Part shown: positions 38,095 to 49,000 of the stretch, piece by piece
Position numbering within the stretch: the first letter of the stretch is position 1
Layout: each line of letters opens with the position of its first letter
Source: Candidatus Eiseniibacteriota bacterium
Lineage (GTDB): Bacteria > Eisenbacteria > RBG-16-71-46
Length of the DNA stretch: 64,000 nt
NCBI GenBank assembly: GCA_963725865.1
Contig: CAVSAC010000014.1
Span: 1,088,001-1,152,000, forward strand
Direction: 5' to 3'
Notes under the pieces: model-generated
The model's input: the letters and a program-made list of their open reading frames with translations, nothing else
Told to the model about the DNA's origin: nothing
Databases searched by the model: none
Program-made: the position numbers and the translations under genes

Positions 38095-38685
38095 ATGCGA
38101 GACGACGCCCCCCCTGACGCCGACCGACTGCTGATCGAGGCGCTGCTCGATCGGAGGGACGAGAAGGCGTTCCGCGAGCTGTACCGCCGGCACACGCCGG
38201 CGCTGTACCAGCTCCTGCTGCGCATGCTCGGCGGCGACGATCACGACGCCGAGGACATCGTGCAGGAGACTTGGGTGCAGGCGGTCAAGAGCCTCGCGGG
38301 ATTCCGGGGGTCGTCGAGCTTCCGCACGTGGCTCACGGCGATCGGGATCAACCGCTGCCGGAACCTGTTCCGAAGCCGCCAGCGCAGGAACACGGTGCCG
38401 ATGATGGAGGACTGGGACCCGCCGGCGCCGGTGGTGCCGCAGAACGAGCGCATCGACCTCGAACGAGCGATCGCGCTGCTGCCGGACGGTTACCGCGCGG
38501 TGCTGGTGCTGCACGACGTCGAGGGCTTCACGCACGAGGAGATCGCGACCCGGCTGGGCATCAGCCCGGGTACGTCGAAGAGTCAGCTGTTCTGGGCGCG
38601 CCGGTCGATCCGGGGCCTGCTGGAACCGGCGGCATCGAGGAGGGAGCGAGATCATGAACGACGAGCTGAGCCCGAACGAGCGTGA
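38095..38685 (+). CDS. ECF RNA polymerase sigma factor
   Basis: AFRELYRRH, DAEDIVQETW, SSFRTWL, LPDGYRAVLVLHDVEGFTHEEIA..LGIS.GTSKSQL. Confidence 0.92.
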   Translation: MRDDAPPDADRLLIEALLDRRDEKAFRELYRRHTPALYQLLLRMLGGDDHDAEDIVQETWVQAVKSLAGFRGSSSFRTWLTAIGINRCRNLFRSRQRRNTVPMMEDWDPPAPVVPQNERIDLERAIALLPDGYRAVLVLHDVEGFTHEEIATRLGISPGTSKSQLFWARRSIRGLLEPAASRRERDHERRAEPERA

Positions 38686-39174
38686 CGCATTCGACGCGCT
38701 CCCGCGCGAGCAGTCCACGCCGCGGGCGCTCGAGGAGCGGGTGGTGACGGCGCTGCATCGCGAGGGGCTGCTGAGCGAACCGCGCGGCGTCCGCGCGCCG
38801 TGGTGGGCGTGGCGTCTGGCCCCGGCGATGGCGGCGGGGCTCGCGTTGTTCGTGGGCGGCATCCTCGTCGGTTCGCAGCTCGGGCGCGCACCGGCACCCG
38901 CGCGTCCGGGGCCGGCGACCGCGCGACCCGCATCGAGCGGAGCGGCACCGACTACCTCGCGGCACTCGTGGCGCTCAGCCGCACCGGGGACACGACCCGG
39001 TCGCCCGAGCGCACGCGCGGACGCCAGGCCGCGAGCCGCATCCTGCGCCAGGCCGCGCAGGAGGTGGCGCGTCTCGATCCGAACGATCCACTGGCCACGC
39101 GCATCCTCGACGCGGGTGAGGCGGCCGGCACCGAGCTGGCGAGCAACGAGGCGACCCACATCGTCTGGTACTGA
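38654..39174 (+). CDS. Putative single-TM anti-sigma factor, apparently frameshifted near 38890-38920
   Basis: MNDELSPNERDAFDALPRE...TM in one frame. The protein-like continuation RIERSGTDYLAALVAL...HIVWY* is in another frame. Confidence 0.6.
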
Positions 39175-39245
39175 GCCTTCGGCACGGAGGTGTGCGCGCC
39201 CGCGAGCGCCGGGAGTCGGTTCCCGGGAGACGGTCGCGCGAGGGG

Positions 39246-40157
39246 ATGATCGGCATGATGAGGATGGACCGGATGGAGAAGAGGATCTCGATCGCGCTCG
39301 CCGGAGTGGTCGTGCTGGCCACGCTCGCCGCCTGGGGCGCGGCCATCGGACTCTCGGCGTGTGCCGCATACGCCGGCGAGTCTCCCGCCGCTCCCGCGAC
39401 CCGGCCGAGCCGGGTGCGCGTGGTGGCGCCGAAGTCACCGCCCGCGGATCCCGATCGCGCTGCGTTGCCGGAGCCCGCGCGCGCACCGCTGCCGCCGATG
39501 CCCGACGAGGTGTCCGCGCGCGGATGGTTCGGGATGGCGTTCACGTGCAGCGAGTGCACCATCCAGGCGCGCACCGGCGACAGTCCTCCCGTGTGGGACT
39601 TCGCCGAGCCCCCGCAGGTCTACCGGGTGGAGCCGGGCGGACCGGCCGAGCGGGCCGGCATCCTGCCGGGCGACGTGCTCACCAAGATCGACGGCACCGC
39701 GCTCGATTCCGCCGAGGGCGGCCGGCGTTTCGGCGCCGTCGAGCCCGGCCAGAAGGTGCGATGGACGGTGCGACGCGGAGCGGCCACGCGCCTGCTCACC
39801 GTGGTCGCCGGCGAGCGCCCGGGGCAGAGCCTGAGCCGTGATTCACAGCTGATGCTGCTCGACGAGCAGCTCGCGCGCATCATGGACCAGCAGGACCTCA
39901 CGCAGATGCGGCGCGAGGTGGAGCGTGCGCGGGCGCAGATGTCGCAGCTCCGCCTCGAGCGCGCGTTGCGCACGCGGTCCAGCGTTCGGATCCCGCCGAT
40001 CGCGCAGCCGCTGCGCTACGCCGGCCAGATCGGCTGTTCGAACGTCGACGTGCGCGGCGCGGGCGCCGTGAACGTGACCGTGAGCCAGGACGGCGACGAG
40101 ATCGTGATCTCGACCGGTGATGCGACGGTGCGCGTGAAGGCGGGGGAGAAGAAGTAG
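39246..40157 (+). CDS. Membrane-anchored/secreted PDZ-domain protein (several possible ATG starts)
   Basis: Hydrophobic N-terminus, GWFGMAF, VYRVEPGGPAERAGILPGDVLTKIDG, then a coiled coil. Confidence 0.8.
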   Translation: MIGMMRMDRMEKRISIALAGVVVLATLAAWGAAIGLSACAAYAGESPAAPATRPSRVRVVAPKSPPADPDRAALPEPARAPLPPMPDEVSARGWFGMAFTCSECTIQARTGDSPPVWDFAEPPQVYRVEPGGPAERAGILPGDVLTKIDGTALDSAEGGRRFGAVEPGQKVRWTVRRGAATRLLTVVAGERPGQSLSRDSQLMLLDEQLARIMDQQDLTQMRREVERARAQMSQLRLERALRTRSSVRIPPIAQPLRYAGQIGCSNVDVRGAGAVNVTVSQDGDEIVISTGDATVRVKAGEKK

Positions 40158-40251
40158 CGGACGGCCCCGGCGCGATCGAGCGACCGGGGCACCTCCGCGT
40201 GGGGTTCCCGATTCACATCCGCGCGGCCCGATCCGGTCGCGCGGGTCCGGA

Positions 40252-42564
40252 TCAGAATTCGACGCCGGACTGGCGCGGAGCCTCCACCAGGTCGCGGATG
40301 GCATCGACGATCTCGCGGGCCTCCTTCTCCAGCCGGATCCGGTGCTCCCAAGCCGTGCTTCCCGGGTGCGATCCGCCGTGCAGCTGCACGTGGAAGCGGA
40401 GCGAGTTGGTCGTCCCGGACGGACGGATCGTCGCGTAATCCAGGTCGGACCCGAACCAGAGCCGGATCCCCTCGTCGGGGAAGCCCACCATCCCATTCTC
40501 CTTGTCGTACTTCCCAGTCCAGTAGATGGATGAGCGCGTCGCCTGCCGCGGGCCGATCTTCATGCCGCCCTGGTTCACCCGCGCGGCGATCGCGAGGCTC
40601 TTGTCGAGGATGCGCTTCTTCTTCGAGCTCCCGACGAGGCCGGGGTACTCGCCGTCCAGCGGGTCGGGCTCGTAGTAGTTCGCGTACACGCCGATGTCGG
40701 GATCCTCGAACACCCACTTCGCGAGCAGCGATGCGAGATCCTCGCCGGTGGACTTGGCGTACGCGGCCAGCTCCGCGACGAGCACCGCGGCGAGCGTGCC
40801 GTCCTTGTCACGCACGTGTCCGCCCTCGCCCATCCGCGACGCCGCGGCCGCGGTCGGGCCGCCGAGGATCGAGAAGCCGTTGCTCTGCTCGAGGCACGCG
40901 GCGTTCCACACCTGGCCCGCCGCGATGCCAGTCGTGTCGTAGAACACCCGATGGCACTTCGTGTCGGCGGGCGCGCCCGGCACCCGGCCCTCGCGCAGGC
41001 CCGGCAGCGGCCTGCCGGTCCAGACCTCGGCCACGCCCGAGGACAGCAGGCCGAAGCCGACCCACGTCTTGAGCACGCCGAGGCCGTACTTCGTCGCGAG
41101 CGCGGTGAGCGCATCGCTGGTCGTGTGGCTCAGCGCGATGAAGCTCGTGCGCGGATCGCGCTCGGCGGCTCCCGCCGCCCGGTGCGTGAGGCGGTAGCGA
41201 AGCAGCAGCGTCCACACGTCGTCCGCGGGGAGCAGCATCCGCGCGGCGCGGTAGCGCAGCGACGGCATGCCCTGGAACAGCGGTGCCAGACTCGCGGGCG
41301 TGTGGACGACCGCGCCGCAGCGGTCCGCGTCGGGGTCGGTGCCGATCAGGATGTCAGCGGTCTTCCACGGCGGCGCCGGCGGCGTGAGCTTCGGGTCGCG
41401 CGCCTCCTGCTCGAGCAGCGCGAGCGCGATGTCGGCGGAGCGCGGGTCGCCGGGATCCGGCTGCTGCTCCTCGCCGGGCGTGTTCTTGAACGCGGGGAAC
41501 ATCCCGTCGAGCGCGTCGAGCGCGGCGATCCGGTAGACCCTCGAGAACCCCAGCTCGCCGAGCACCTTCGGCACGATCCGCCGGCCCGCGCCGTTGAATG
41601 CCGCGTACGCGAGCACCAGGTTCGCGGCGGGCCCCTCCAGCACCTGCGGGTCGACGATGAACTGCTTGAGCTGGCGGATCAGCTGCGCGTGGATGTCCTC
41701 GAGCGAGCGCTCGCGGCCGAAGTACTCGCGCGGCAGCGGCCGGTCGCCGCCGAGGAAGTGGAGTCGGTCCAGCACCGCCGGCGGCGCGGTCCTGAGGTCC
41801 ACCGGATGGATGGACGCGAGCAGCTTGGGATCCGCCAGGCGTCGCATGACGCTCTCGCGGACGTCGGGAGCGATCTGGGATCCGTTCGCCGAGGAGATCT
41901 TGAATCCGTTGTATCGATAGTCGTTGTGACTCGCCGAGATGAAGACTCCGAAGTCCAGGCCGCGGAACGGAATCGTGAACGTCACCTCGGGGTAGGGGAC
42001 CGGCTCGTCGAACAGGAACACCTCGACGCCGACCGACAGGAACACGCTCGCGATGAGCTCCGCGAACGCCGCGCCCTGGACGCGGCTGTCGTAGCCGACG
42101 ACGGCGCGCGGTGCGACCCCCGGCCGGGCATTGACGTAGTGGCTCGCGACCGCCTGCGCGCAGCGCATGACGACGATGTCGTTGATGGTGTTCGGACCTT
42201 TGACGATCCGCGCCTGCAGCCCGACCTTCTTCAGCTCCAGGATCTCGCGCCGCTCGAGCGCCATCAGCGCGCGGATGCCGCCGGTGCCGAACGCGACCTC
42301 CTTCGAGAACGCGTTGGAGAGGATGGGCCAGTGCTCGGCCATGATGGCGTCCGCGAGCCCCGCCTTCAACTGCGGGGAGAGCCGGTCGATCTCCGGGCTC
42401 GTCAGCCATTCCGCGATGCTCGGAACGGCACAGGAGATGGCCTGGTTGAAGTAGTTCTCCGACAGCTCGCCGCGCTGGAAGGCATCCGACAGGTAGGTGG
42501 TCAGCCCGCGCTGTGCCTGGGTGACCAGCGAGGACAAGGGCAGCGACTCGGAGGGGTTCTGCAC
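40252..42564 (-). CDS. Alpha-D-phosphohexomutase (PGM/PMM) family protein, long divergent form (GTG start inferred)
   Basis: FGTGGIRA, VGYDSR, ISASHN, DPDADR, VRDKDG, IRPSGT. Confidence 0.85.
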   Translation of the reverse strand: MQNPSESLPLSSLVTQAQRGLTTYLSDAFQRGELSENYFNQAISCAVPSIAEWLTSPEIDRLSPQLKAGLADAIMAEHWPILSNAFSKEVAFGTGGIRALMALERREILELKKVGLQARIVKGPNTINDIVVMRCAQAVASHYVNARPGVAPRAVVGYDSRVQGAAFAELIASVFLSVGVEVFLFDEPVPYPEVTFTIPFRGLDFGVFISASHNDYRYNGFKISSANGSQIAPDVRESVMRRLADPKLLASIHPVDLRTAPPAVLDRLHFLGGDRPLPREYFGRERSLEDIHAQLIRQLKQFIVDPQVLEGPAANLVLAYAAFNGAGRRIVPKVLGELGFSRVYRIAALDALDGMFPAFKNTPGEEQQPDPGDPRSADIALALLEQEARDPKLTPPAPPWKTADILIGTDPDADRCGAVVHTPASLAPLFQGMPSLRYRAARMLLPADDVWTLLLRYRLTHRAAGAAERDPRTSFIALSHTTSDALTALATKYGLGVLKTWVGFGLLSSGVAEVWTGRPLPGLREGRVPGAPADTKCHRVFYDTTGIAAGQVWNAACLEQSNGFSILGGPTAAAASRMGEGGHVRDKDGTLAAVLVAELAAYAKSTGEDLASLLAKWVFEDPDIGVYANYYEPDPLDGEYPGLVGSSKKKRILDKSLAIAARVNQGGMKIGPRQATRSSIYWTGKYDKENGMVGFPDEGIRLWFGSDLDYATIRPSGTTNSLRFHVQLHGGSHPGSTAWEHRIRLEKEAREIVDAIRDLVEAPRQSGVEF

Positions 42565-42753
42565 GACGACCTCATGAGCAAAGGGGGGCGCGGCGATCGC
42601 GGAGCGCCCGGGGATCGCCGGGCCCGCGTGCACGTGCAGCCTGTGAAACTCGAGCGGGCGGAAGCTACCGCGCGGCGTTGCGGCACGCAAGGTTGCCGCG
42701 CCGCGCGCGGCACGCGACCGCACGCGAACGCCCGCATCCACTATCCTCGCGCC

Positions 42754-43143
42754 ATGCCCGCACCCGTCCCGTCCCGCGCCACGCTGCTCTACGACGGCGG
42801 CTGCGCGCTGTGCGCGCGACTCGTGGCGACGGTGCGCGCGTGGGACGTCGACGGTCGCATCGAGTGCCTGCCGTACCAGGACCCGAGCGTGCCCGCGCGC
42901 TTCCCGCGAATCGCGCCCGCCGCGCTCGCGCGCCGGCTCCACCTGGTCGAGGCCGACGGCGGCGTCACAGCGGGGGCCGCGGCGATCGAGCGGCTACTGC
43001 GGTGGCTGCCGCGCGGGCGCTCGCTCGCGTGGGTGTTCCGCCTGCCGCTCGCGGGCCCGCTCGCCGCACGCGCGTACGACCTCGTCGCGCGCCACCGCCA
43101 CCGCCTCGGCTGCGGCACGCACTGCGGCGGCCCGCGCGGCTGA
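42754..43143 (+). CDS. DCC1-like thiol-disulfide oxidoreductase (DUF393)
   Basis: LLYDGGCALC, GAAAI, AYDLVARHR. Confidence 0.85.
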   Translation: MPAPVPSRATLLYDGGCALCARLVATVRAWDVDGRIECLPYQDPSVPARFPRIAPAALARRLHLVEADGGVTAGAAAIERLLRWLPRGRSLAWVFRLPLAGPLAARAYDLVARHRHRLGCGTHCGGPRG

Positions 43144-43239
43144 TCGAGCGCGCCGACTTCGCAGCGCGCCCGCACCGTGCGCGGGCGTGCGCGCGCCACA
43201 CGTCCGCCGCGACGGCCGCGCCGGTCCGCGCGGACCGGG

Positions 43240-45402
43240 CTACGACTGCGCCAGCTTCTCCGCGGTGAGCGGCAGGCTCCTCACGCGCTTGCCGGTCAGC
43301 GCCGCGATCGCGTTCGCGACCGCCGGCGCAATCGGCGGCAGTCCGACCTCGCCGATGCCGCCCATCGGGTCGCCCTGCGGCAGCAGGTGCACGTCGATCG
43401 ACGGGCACTCGGCGAATCGCAGCACCGGGTAGTCGTCGAAGTTCCCCTGCTGCACCCGCCCCCGGTCGATCGTGATGGCGCCATGGAGCGCGGCGGAGAG
43501 CCCGAACACGATCCCGCTCTCCATCTGGGCCCTCACCAGGTCGGGATGCACGACGTGGCCGCAGTCCACCGCGCACGTCACGTGGTGCACGCGCGGGGCG
43601 CCCTGCTCGATCGACACCTCGGCGACGTGGACCACGATGCTGCCGAACGACTCGACCATCGCGAGCCCGCGCGCGCGGCCCGCGGGCGGCGCGGTGCCCC
43701 AGCCCGCCTTCTCGGCGGCGAGGTCGAGCACCGCGCGATGGCGCGGGTGGTTCGTGAGCAGCTCCCGCCGCAACGCGAGTGGATCGCGGCCCGCCGCCAC
43801 GGCGAGCTCGTCCACGAAGCACTCGATCGCGTAGCCGTTCTGCGACGCGCTCACCGAGCGCCACCACCCGGTCGGGACGCCGGCGTCGTGCAGATGGAAC
43901 TCCATCTCGGCGTTCGGGAACTCGTAGGCCTGATTCTCGGCGACGTCGATCGAGCTCGGGTCGACGCCGTTGCGCACCGCTGCCGGATACAGCCGCGACA
44001 GGATGCCGGCGCCGGCCATGCGGTGCGACCACACGAGCGGACGCCCGCCGGCGTCGAGCCCGGCGCGCAGGAAGTGACACGAGACCGGGCGGTACCAGTC
44101 GTGCCGCATGTCGTCCTCGCGCGACCACACCACCTTCACCGGGGCGCCAAGCGCCTTCGACAGCTCGACCGCCTCGACCACGAAGTCCTGCTCGGAGCGG
44201 CGACCGAACCCGCCACCGAGGTACTGCAGCTCGACCGTGACCTTGGCCAGCGGCAACCCGGCCGCCTTCGCGGCGGCGCGCTGCACCGCGGTGGCGTTCT
44301 GGCTCCCCACCCAGACCGTGCACGCTCCGTCCTTCACGGACGCCGCGCACGACATGGGCTCCATGGTGGCGTGCGCGAGGTAGGGCGTCTCGTACACCGC
44401 CTCGATCGTGCGCGCGGCCTGCGCGAGCGCGGCCGCGCCCGCTCCCTCCTTGCGGAACGTGGCGCCCGGCGTGCGCACCAGTGCGGCCTGCTCCGCGGCG
44501 ATACCCGCGCTGGTGAGCGCGGCGCGCGGGCCCTCGTCCCACGTGAGGGAGACGTCGTCGAGCGCCCGGCGCGCGTTCCAATGCGAGTCCGCGACCACCG
44601 CGACGCCGCTGGAGATCTGGAGCACGCGCATCACGCCCGGCCGGGCCTGCGCGCGCGCGGCGTCGAACGACTTCAGCGTGCCGCCGGGCACCGGGCAGCG
44701 CTCGACCACCGCGGTCCGCATTCCCGGCTCGCGAACGTCGATCGCGAAGTGCGCGCGGCCGGCGTTCTTCTCGGGCCCGTCGAGGCGCGCGGGCGAGGTG
44801 CCGAGCACGCGATGCGCGCCCCACGCCTTGAGCGCAGGCGCATCGGGCACCGGCAGCGCGGCCGCGCGCGCGACCAGCGCGCCGTACGCGAGCCGTCGCC
44901 CGCTCGCCGTGTGCACCACCGCGCCGTTCTCGGCGTGGCACCCGGCGCGATCGACGCCCCAGGTCTGCGCGGCGGCGGTGATCAGCATCGCGCGGGCCTG
45001 CGCACCCGCGATCCGCAGCGGCTCGTTCAGCGAGCGCATGCTCTGGCTGCCGCCGGTGCTCATGTCCCCGTACTTCGGGTCCGGGCGCGCCTGTGCGAAG
45101 CGCACGGACTTCCAATCGGCCTCCAGCTCCTCCGCGACCAGCATCGGGATCGCGGTGCGCACGCCCTGTCCCATCTCGGAGCGCGCCACGATCACCGTGA
45201 CGATCCCCTGCGGATCGATCCGCAGCCACGCGTTGGGCTCGAACGCGGCGGTGGCCGCCGTCGCCCGATCGACGAGCGCGGACGGCAAGTGGAACGCGAT
45301 CACCAGCCCGGCCGAGGCGGCGCCGGTGGCGCGCAGGAACTCGCGTCGCGTCACGGGAGTGGCCGGGCGCGCGCGGCGGGTGCTCGTGCGGGGCGCGCTC
45401 AT
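43240..45402 (-). CDS. iorB: Xanthine dehydrogenase family molybdopterin subunit (isoquinoline 1-oxidoreductase beta-like), Tat signal
   Basis: [49 protein letters not shown]. Confidence 0.9.
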   Translation of the reverse strand: MSAPRTSTRRARPATPVTRREFLRATGAASAGLVIAFHLPSALVDRATAATAAFEPNAWLRIDPQGIVTVIVARSEMGQGVRTAIPMLVAEELEADWKSVRFAQARPDPKYGDMSTGGSQSMRSLNEPLRIAGAQARAMLITAAAQTWGVDRAGCHAENGAVVHTASGRRLAYGALVARAAALPVPDAPALKAWGAHRVLGTSPARLDGPEKNAGRAHFAIDVREPGMRTAVVERCPVPGGTLKSFDAARAQARPGVMRVLQISSGVAVVADSHWNARRALDDVSLTWDEGPRAALTSAGIAAEQAALVRTPGATFRKEGAGAAALAQAARTIEAVYETPYLAHATMEPMSCAASVKDGACTVWVGSQNATAVQRAAAKAAGLPLAKVTVELQYLGGGFGRRSEQDFVVEAVELSKALGAPVKVVWSREDDMRHDWYRPVSCHFLRAGLDAGGRPLVWSHRMAGAGILSRLYPAAVRNGVDPSSIDVAENQAYEFPNAEMEFHLHDAGVPTGWWRSVSASQNGYAIECFVDELAVAAGRDPLALRRELLTNHPRHRAVLDLAAEKAGWGTAPPAGRARGLAMVESFGSIVVHVAEVSIEQGAPRVHHVTCAVDCGHVVHPDLVRAQMESGIVFGLSAALHGAITIDRGRVQQGNFDDYPVLRFAECPSIDVHLLPQGDPMGGIGEVGLPPIAPAVANAIAALTGKRVRSLPLTAEKLAQS

Positions 45403-45863
45403 CGCCGGGCCTCCTGGGCGGCGGCGTGGATCGCGCGACGGATGCGCGTGTAGGTCCCGCACCGGCAGAGGTTTCCGTTCATCGCTTCGTCGATCTGCGC
45501 GTCGGTGGGCGCCGGCGTCTTCGCGAGCAGTGCCGCGGCCTGCATGATCTGGCCGGGCTGGCAATAGCCACACTGGGTCACCTGCTCGGTCTCCCACGCG
45601 CGCTGGACCGGATGGCCGCCGCCCGCGTCGAGACCCTCGATCGTGACGATGCGCCTGCCTCGCGCGTCGGCGACGGTCGTCATGCAGGAGCGCGCCGCCT
45701 CGCCGTCGAGATGGACGGTGCAGTTCCCGCACTCCCCGATGCCGCACCCGTACTTCGTGCCGGTCATTCCGAGGGAGTCGCGCAGCACCCAGAGCAGCGG
45801 CGTGTCGGGATCGACATCGACCGTGCGGGAGGTGCCGTTCACGATCAGCGTGTGACGGGCCAT
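45399..45863 (-). CDS. iorA: 2Fe-2S subunit (isoquinoline 1-oxidoreductase alpha-like)
   Basis: [32 protein letters not shown]. Confidence 0.92.
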   Translation of the reverse strand: MARHTLIVNGTSRTVDVDPDTPLLWVLRDSLGMTGTKYGCGIGECGNCTVHLDGEAARSCMTTVADARGRRIVTIEGLDAGGGHPVQRAWETEQVTQCGYCQPGQIMQAAALLAKTPAPTDAQIDEAMNGNLCRCGTYTRIRRAIHAAAQEARR

Positions 45864-45995
45864 CGCGTCCTCCGTGCGTGGCTCCGCTCCGCCGTGGGGG
45901 TGGGCCGCATTCTACGCCGCGGGGAGGGATCCGGGAACCGCCGGCTCCGCCCGCTCACGAAGCGGCACCGAGCGCGGTGTGCGCCGGAAGCGAAG

Positions 45996-46025
45996 CGGCG
46001 CCCCGGTCGAGCGACCGGGGCGCCG
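45996..46025. terminator. 14-bp inverted repeat just after the tricorn gene (terminator-like hairpin)
   Basis: cggcgccccggtcg-ag-cgaccggggcgccg; the U-tract is poor. Confidence 0.5.
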
Positions 46026-46042
46026 TCACGCGAGGTCGGCGG

Positions 46043-49000
46043 CTACTTCGCGAGCCCTTCCTGGACCTTGTACGGCGGCTTCTTCCAGGTCGGCGGCGGG
46101 TTGGTCTTGAGCTGCTCGAGCGACCACTCGATCGCCTTCTCGAGCTGCGGGTCGTGCCCCTTGACCATCAGGTCCGGCGCGTTCTCGACCTCGATGTCGG
46201 GATCGACGCCGTGGTTCTCGACCAGCCACTGGCCGGTGCGCGGGTCGTACATGCCGAAGTCGGGCATGGTGACCGAGCCGCCGTCCACGAACGGCAGGCT
46301 GTGGCTGATGCCCACCAGGCCGCCCCAGGTGCGCTTGCCGATCACGGGGCCGAGGCCCTGCATCTTGAAGTAGAAGGGGAACGCATCCCCGCCCGAGCCC
46401 GCGTACTCGTTCACGAGGATGCACTTCGGCCCGTCGATCGCCGTCTGCGGAGTGCGGAAGCCCTCGCCGTCGCGGGTCGACCACGCCACCCAGGTCTTGC
46501 GCCACAGCCGCTCGACGAAGAAGTCGGGGATGAAGCCGCCGCCGTTGAAGCGCTCGTCGACGATGATCCCCTGCTTGTCGATCTGCGGGTAGTACTGCTT
46601 CGTGAACTCCTGGATGCCGGCGATCGCCGTGTTCGGCACGTGGATGTACGCGATGCGCCCGCCGGTCGCCTTCGCCACCTTCTCGCGGTTGTCATCGACC
46701 CACGCGGTGTAGCGCAGCGACGCCTCGCTCGCGATCGGCACGACGGTGTACGTGCGCGCTTTCGGATCGTTGGCCGACGTGCCGACCTTGATGAGCGTCT
46801 GCTTGCCGACGGTGCCCGCGAACGCCGCGTAGACGTTTTCGGGCGCGCGCACCGGGCGGCCGTTGACCTCGAGCAGCAGGTCGCCCTGCTTGACGCCGAT
46901 GCCCGGCTCGCCGAGCGGCGCCGCGACCTTCGAGTTCCAGTCGCGCTCGCGATAGATGGTGGCGAAGCGGTAGAGCCCGCTCGCGGCGTCGAGCGTGTAG
47001 TCGGCGCCCAGCAGGCCCGTGCCGACGCGCGCGACATCGGGCAGCTCGCCGCCGCCGACGTAGCTGTGCGACGTCGAAAGCTCGCCGATCAGCTCGCCGA
47101 GGATGTAGTTGAGGTCGGCGCGGTGCGCCACGTAGGGGACCAGCTGGCGATAGCGGTCGCCGACCGCCTTCCAGTCGAGCCCGCCCATCGCCGGGTCGTA
47201 GTAGAAGTCGCGCTCGAGCCGCCAGGCCTCGTTGAACATCTGCATCCATTCCTGGTGCGGATCCACGAGCGCCATGAGCCCGTCGGTCTTCAGCTTGCCG
47301 TCGCCGATCTTCTGGTTCTCGGCGGCGTCGACGATGCCGAACCCGTCCTCGGACCGATAGAGGATCTTCGAGCCGTCCTTGGACACGCTCCAGGACGCGA
47401 CCACGCCGCTGAGGACGGTCTGGTCCTTGCGCTTGTCGAGGTCGAAGACGTGGAGCTCGCCTTTGCCGGGACCGTCGTCGTCCGGGTTCGGCGCGCCGAG
47501 CGAGAAATAGATCAGCTTGTCCTTGAATGCCTGCAGCCCGATGTAGCGCCCGGCCGGCACCGGCAGCGCCGCGCAGCGCGATTCGAGCCCCGCGAGGTCG
47601 ATGCGCACCGGCACGACCTCCTCCTTCTTCTCGCCGGCCGCCTTGTCCTCCTTGCCGCCCGCCTTGCCGGCGCCCGGCTTGTCGCCCTTGTCGCCGCCGG
47701 CGGCCTCGGGCTTCTCCTCGTCGCTCTTCGGCGCCACCGGCGAGAGCGTCGTGTCCTGCAGCGAGAGCGCGTAGATCCGGTCGGTGGAGACGAACTGGAA
47801 GTCGAGCTCGAACGCGCCGAACTGCGGCTCGATCGTGCGGCGCGAGACGAAGTACAGGTACTTGGCCGCGGGGTCGAACGAGGGCCAGCCCTCGTCCATC
47901 ATCCCGTCACTCACGGCCGTCGCCTTGCCACCGTCGAGCGCGTAGAGCATCACGCGCGAGAACCCGTTCGCGTACGCCTTGGAGTACGCGAGCCACTTCG
48001 AGTCGCCCGACCACTGGTAGTCGTGGATCTCGCCCCAGTCGCTCTTGTCCGCCTGCGTCAGCTTGCCGGTCGCGACGTCGACCCACCAGAGCCGGTACGT
48101 CTTGTCCGAGAACGCGAGCTTCTTCGAGTCCGGCGACCAGCGCGGCGCGAAGCGGAACGTCGTGCCCTCGCGGGTGACCTGGCGGTCGGGCGTGCGGCCA
48201 TCGCTGCCGATCACGTGGAGCTGGTACTCGCCGCTCTTGTCCGACAGGTACGCGATCCACTTGCCGTCGGGCGACCACGCCGGGTCGCGCTCCCGCGCGC
48301 CGGGCGTGTTCGTCAGGTTGCGCGCGTCGCCTTCCTTCGCGGGCACGGTGAACAGGTCGCCGCGCGCCTCGAGCACCGCGCGTTTGGCGGACGGCGAGAG
48401 GTCCATGCCGGTGATCCACTTCGAGACGTCGCGCAGCTCGGCGCGCGCGGCCGGCTTGTCGTCGGGCACCAGCACCTGGACGCGCGCGGGTTTCTCGCCC
48501 GGCAGGTCCATCACGTACAGATAGCCGCCGTTCTCGAACACGATCGCGTCGCCGCCGATGCTCGCCCACTTCACGTCGTAGTCGGCGAAGTTCGTGACCT
48601 GGCGGTGGGTCTTCTGGTCGAGGTCGTACACCCAGATGTTCGCGGTGCGCCCGCCGCGGTCGGTGACGTAGTAGATGGAGCGGCCATGCCACATCGGCCA
48701 CTCGTCCGCGCCCGCCCAGTCGGTCAGCTTCTCGCTCGTGACCTTGCCGAAATCGTAGAGCCAGATGTTGGGCGCGTTGCCGCCGCGGTAGCGCTTCCAC
48801 GTGCGGTTGTCGTAGGCCGGCGCGACGTACGCGATCTGCTGGCCGTCGGGTGACAGCGTGCAGTAGCCCGCGGTCGGCAGCGGCAGCAGCTCCTCCAGGC
48901 CGCCGCCCGCCGGCACCTTGAAGAAGCGCGAGAAGCGCTGGATCGACGAGGCGCGCGGCGAACGGACGAGCAGGCTCTTGCCGTCCGGATACCACTCGGC

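Noticed and set aside
38654..39841. 395-aa ORF as the full anti-sigma factor
   Set aside because: After the TM it becomes low-complexity and overlaps the PDZ gene; a frameshift explains it better.
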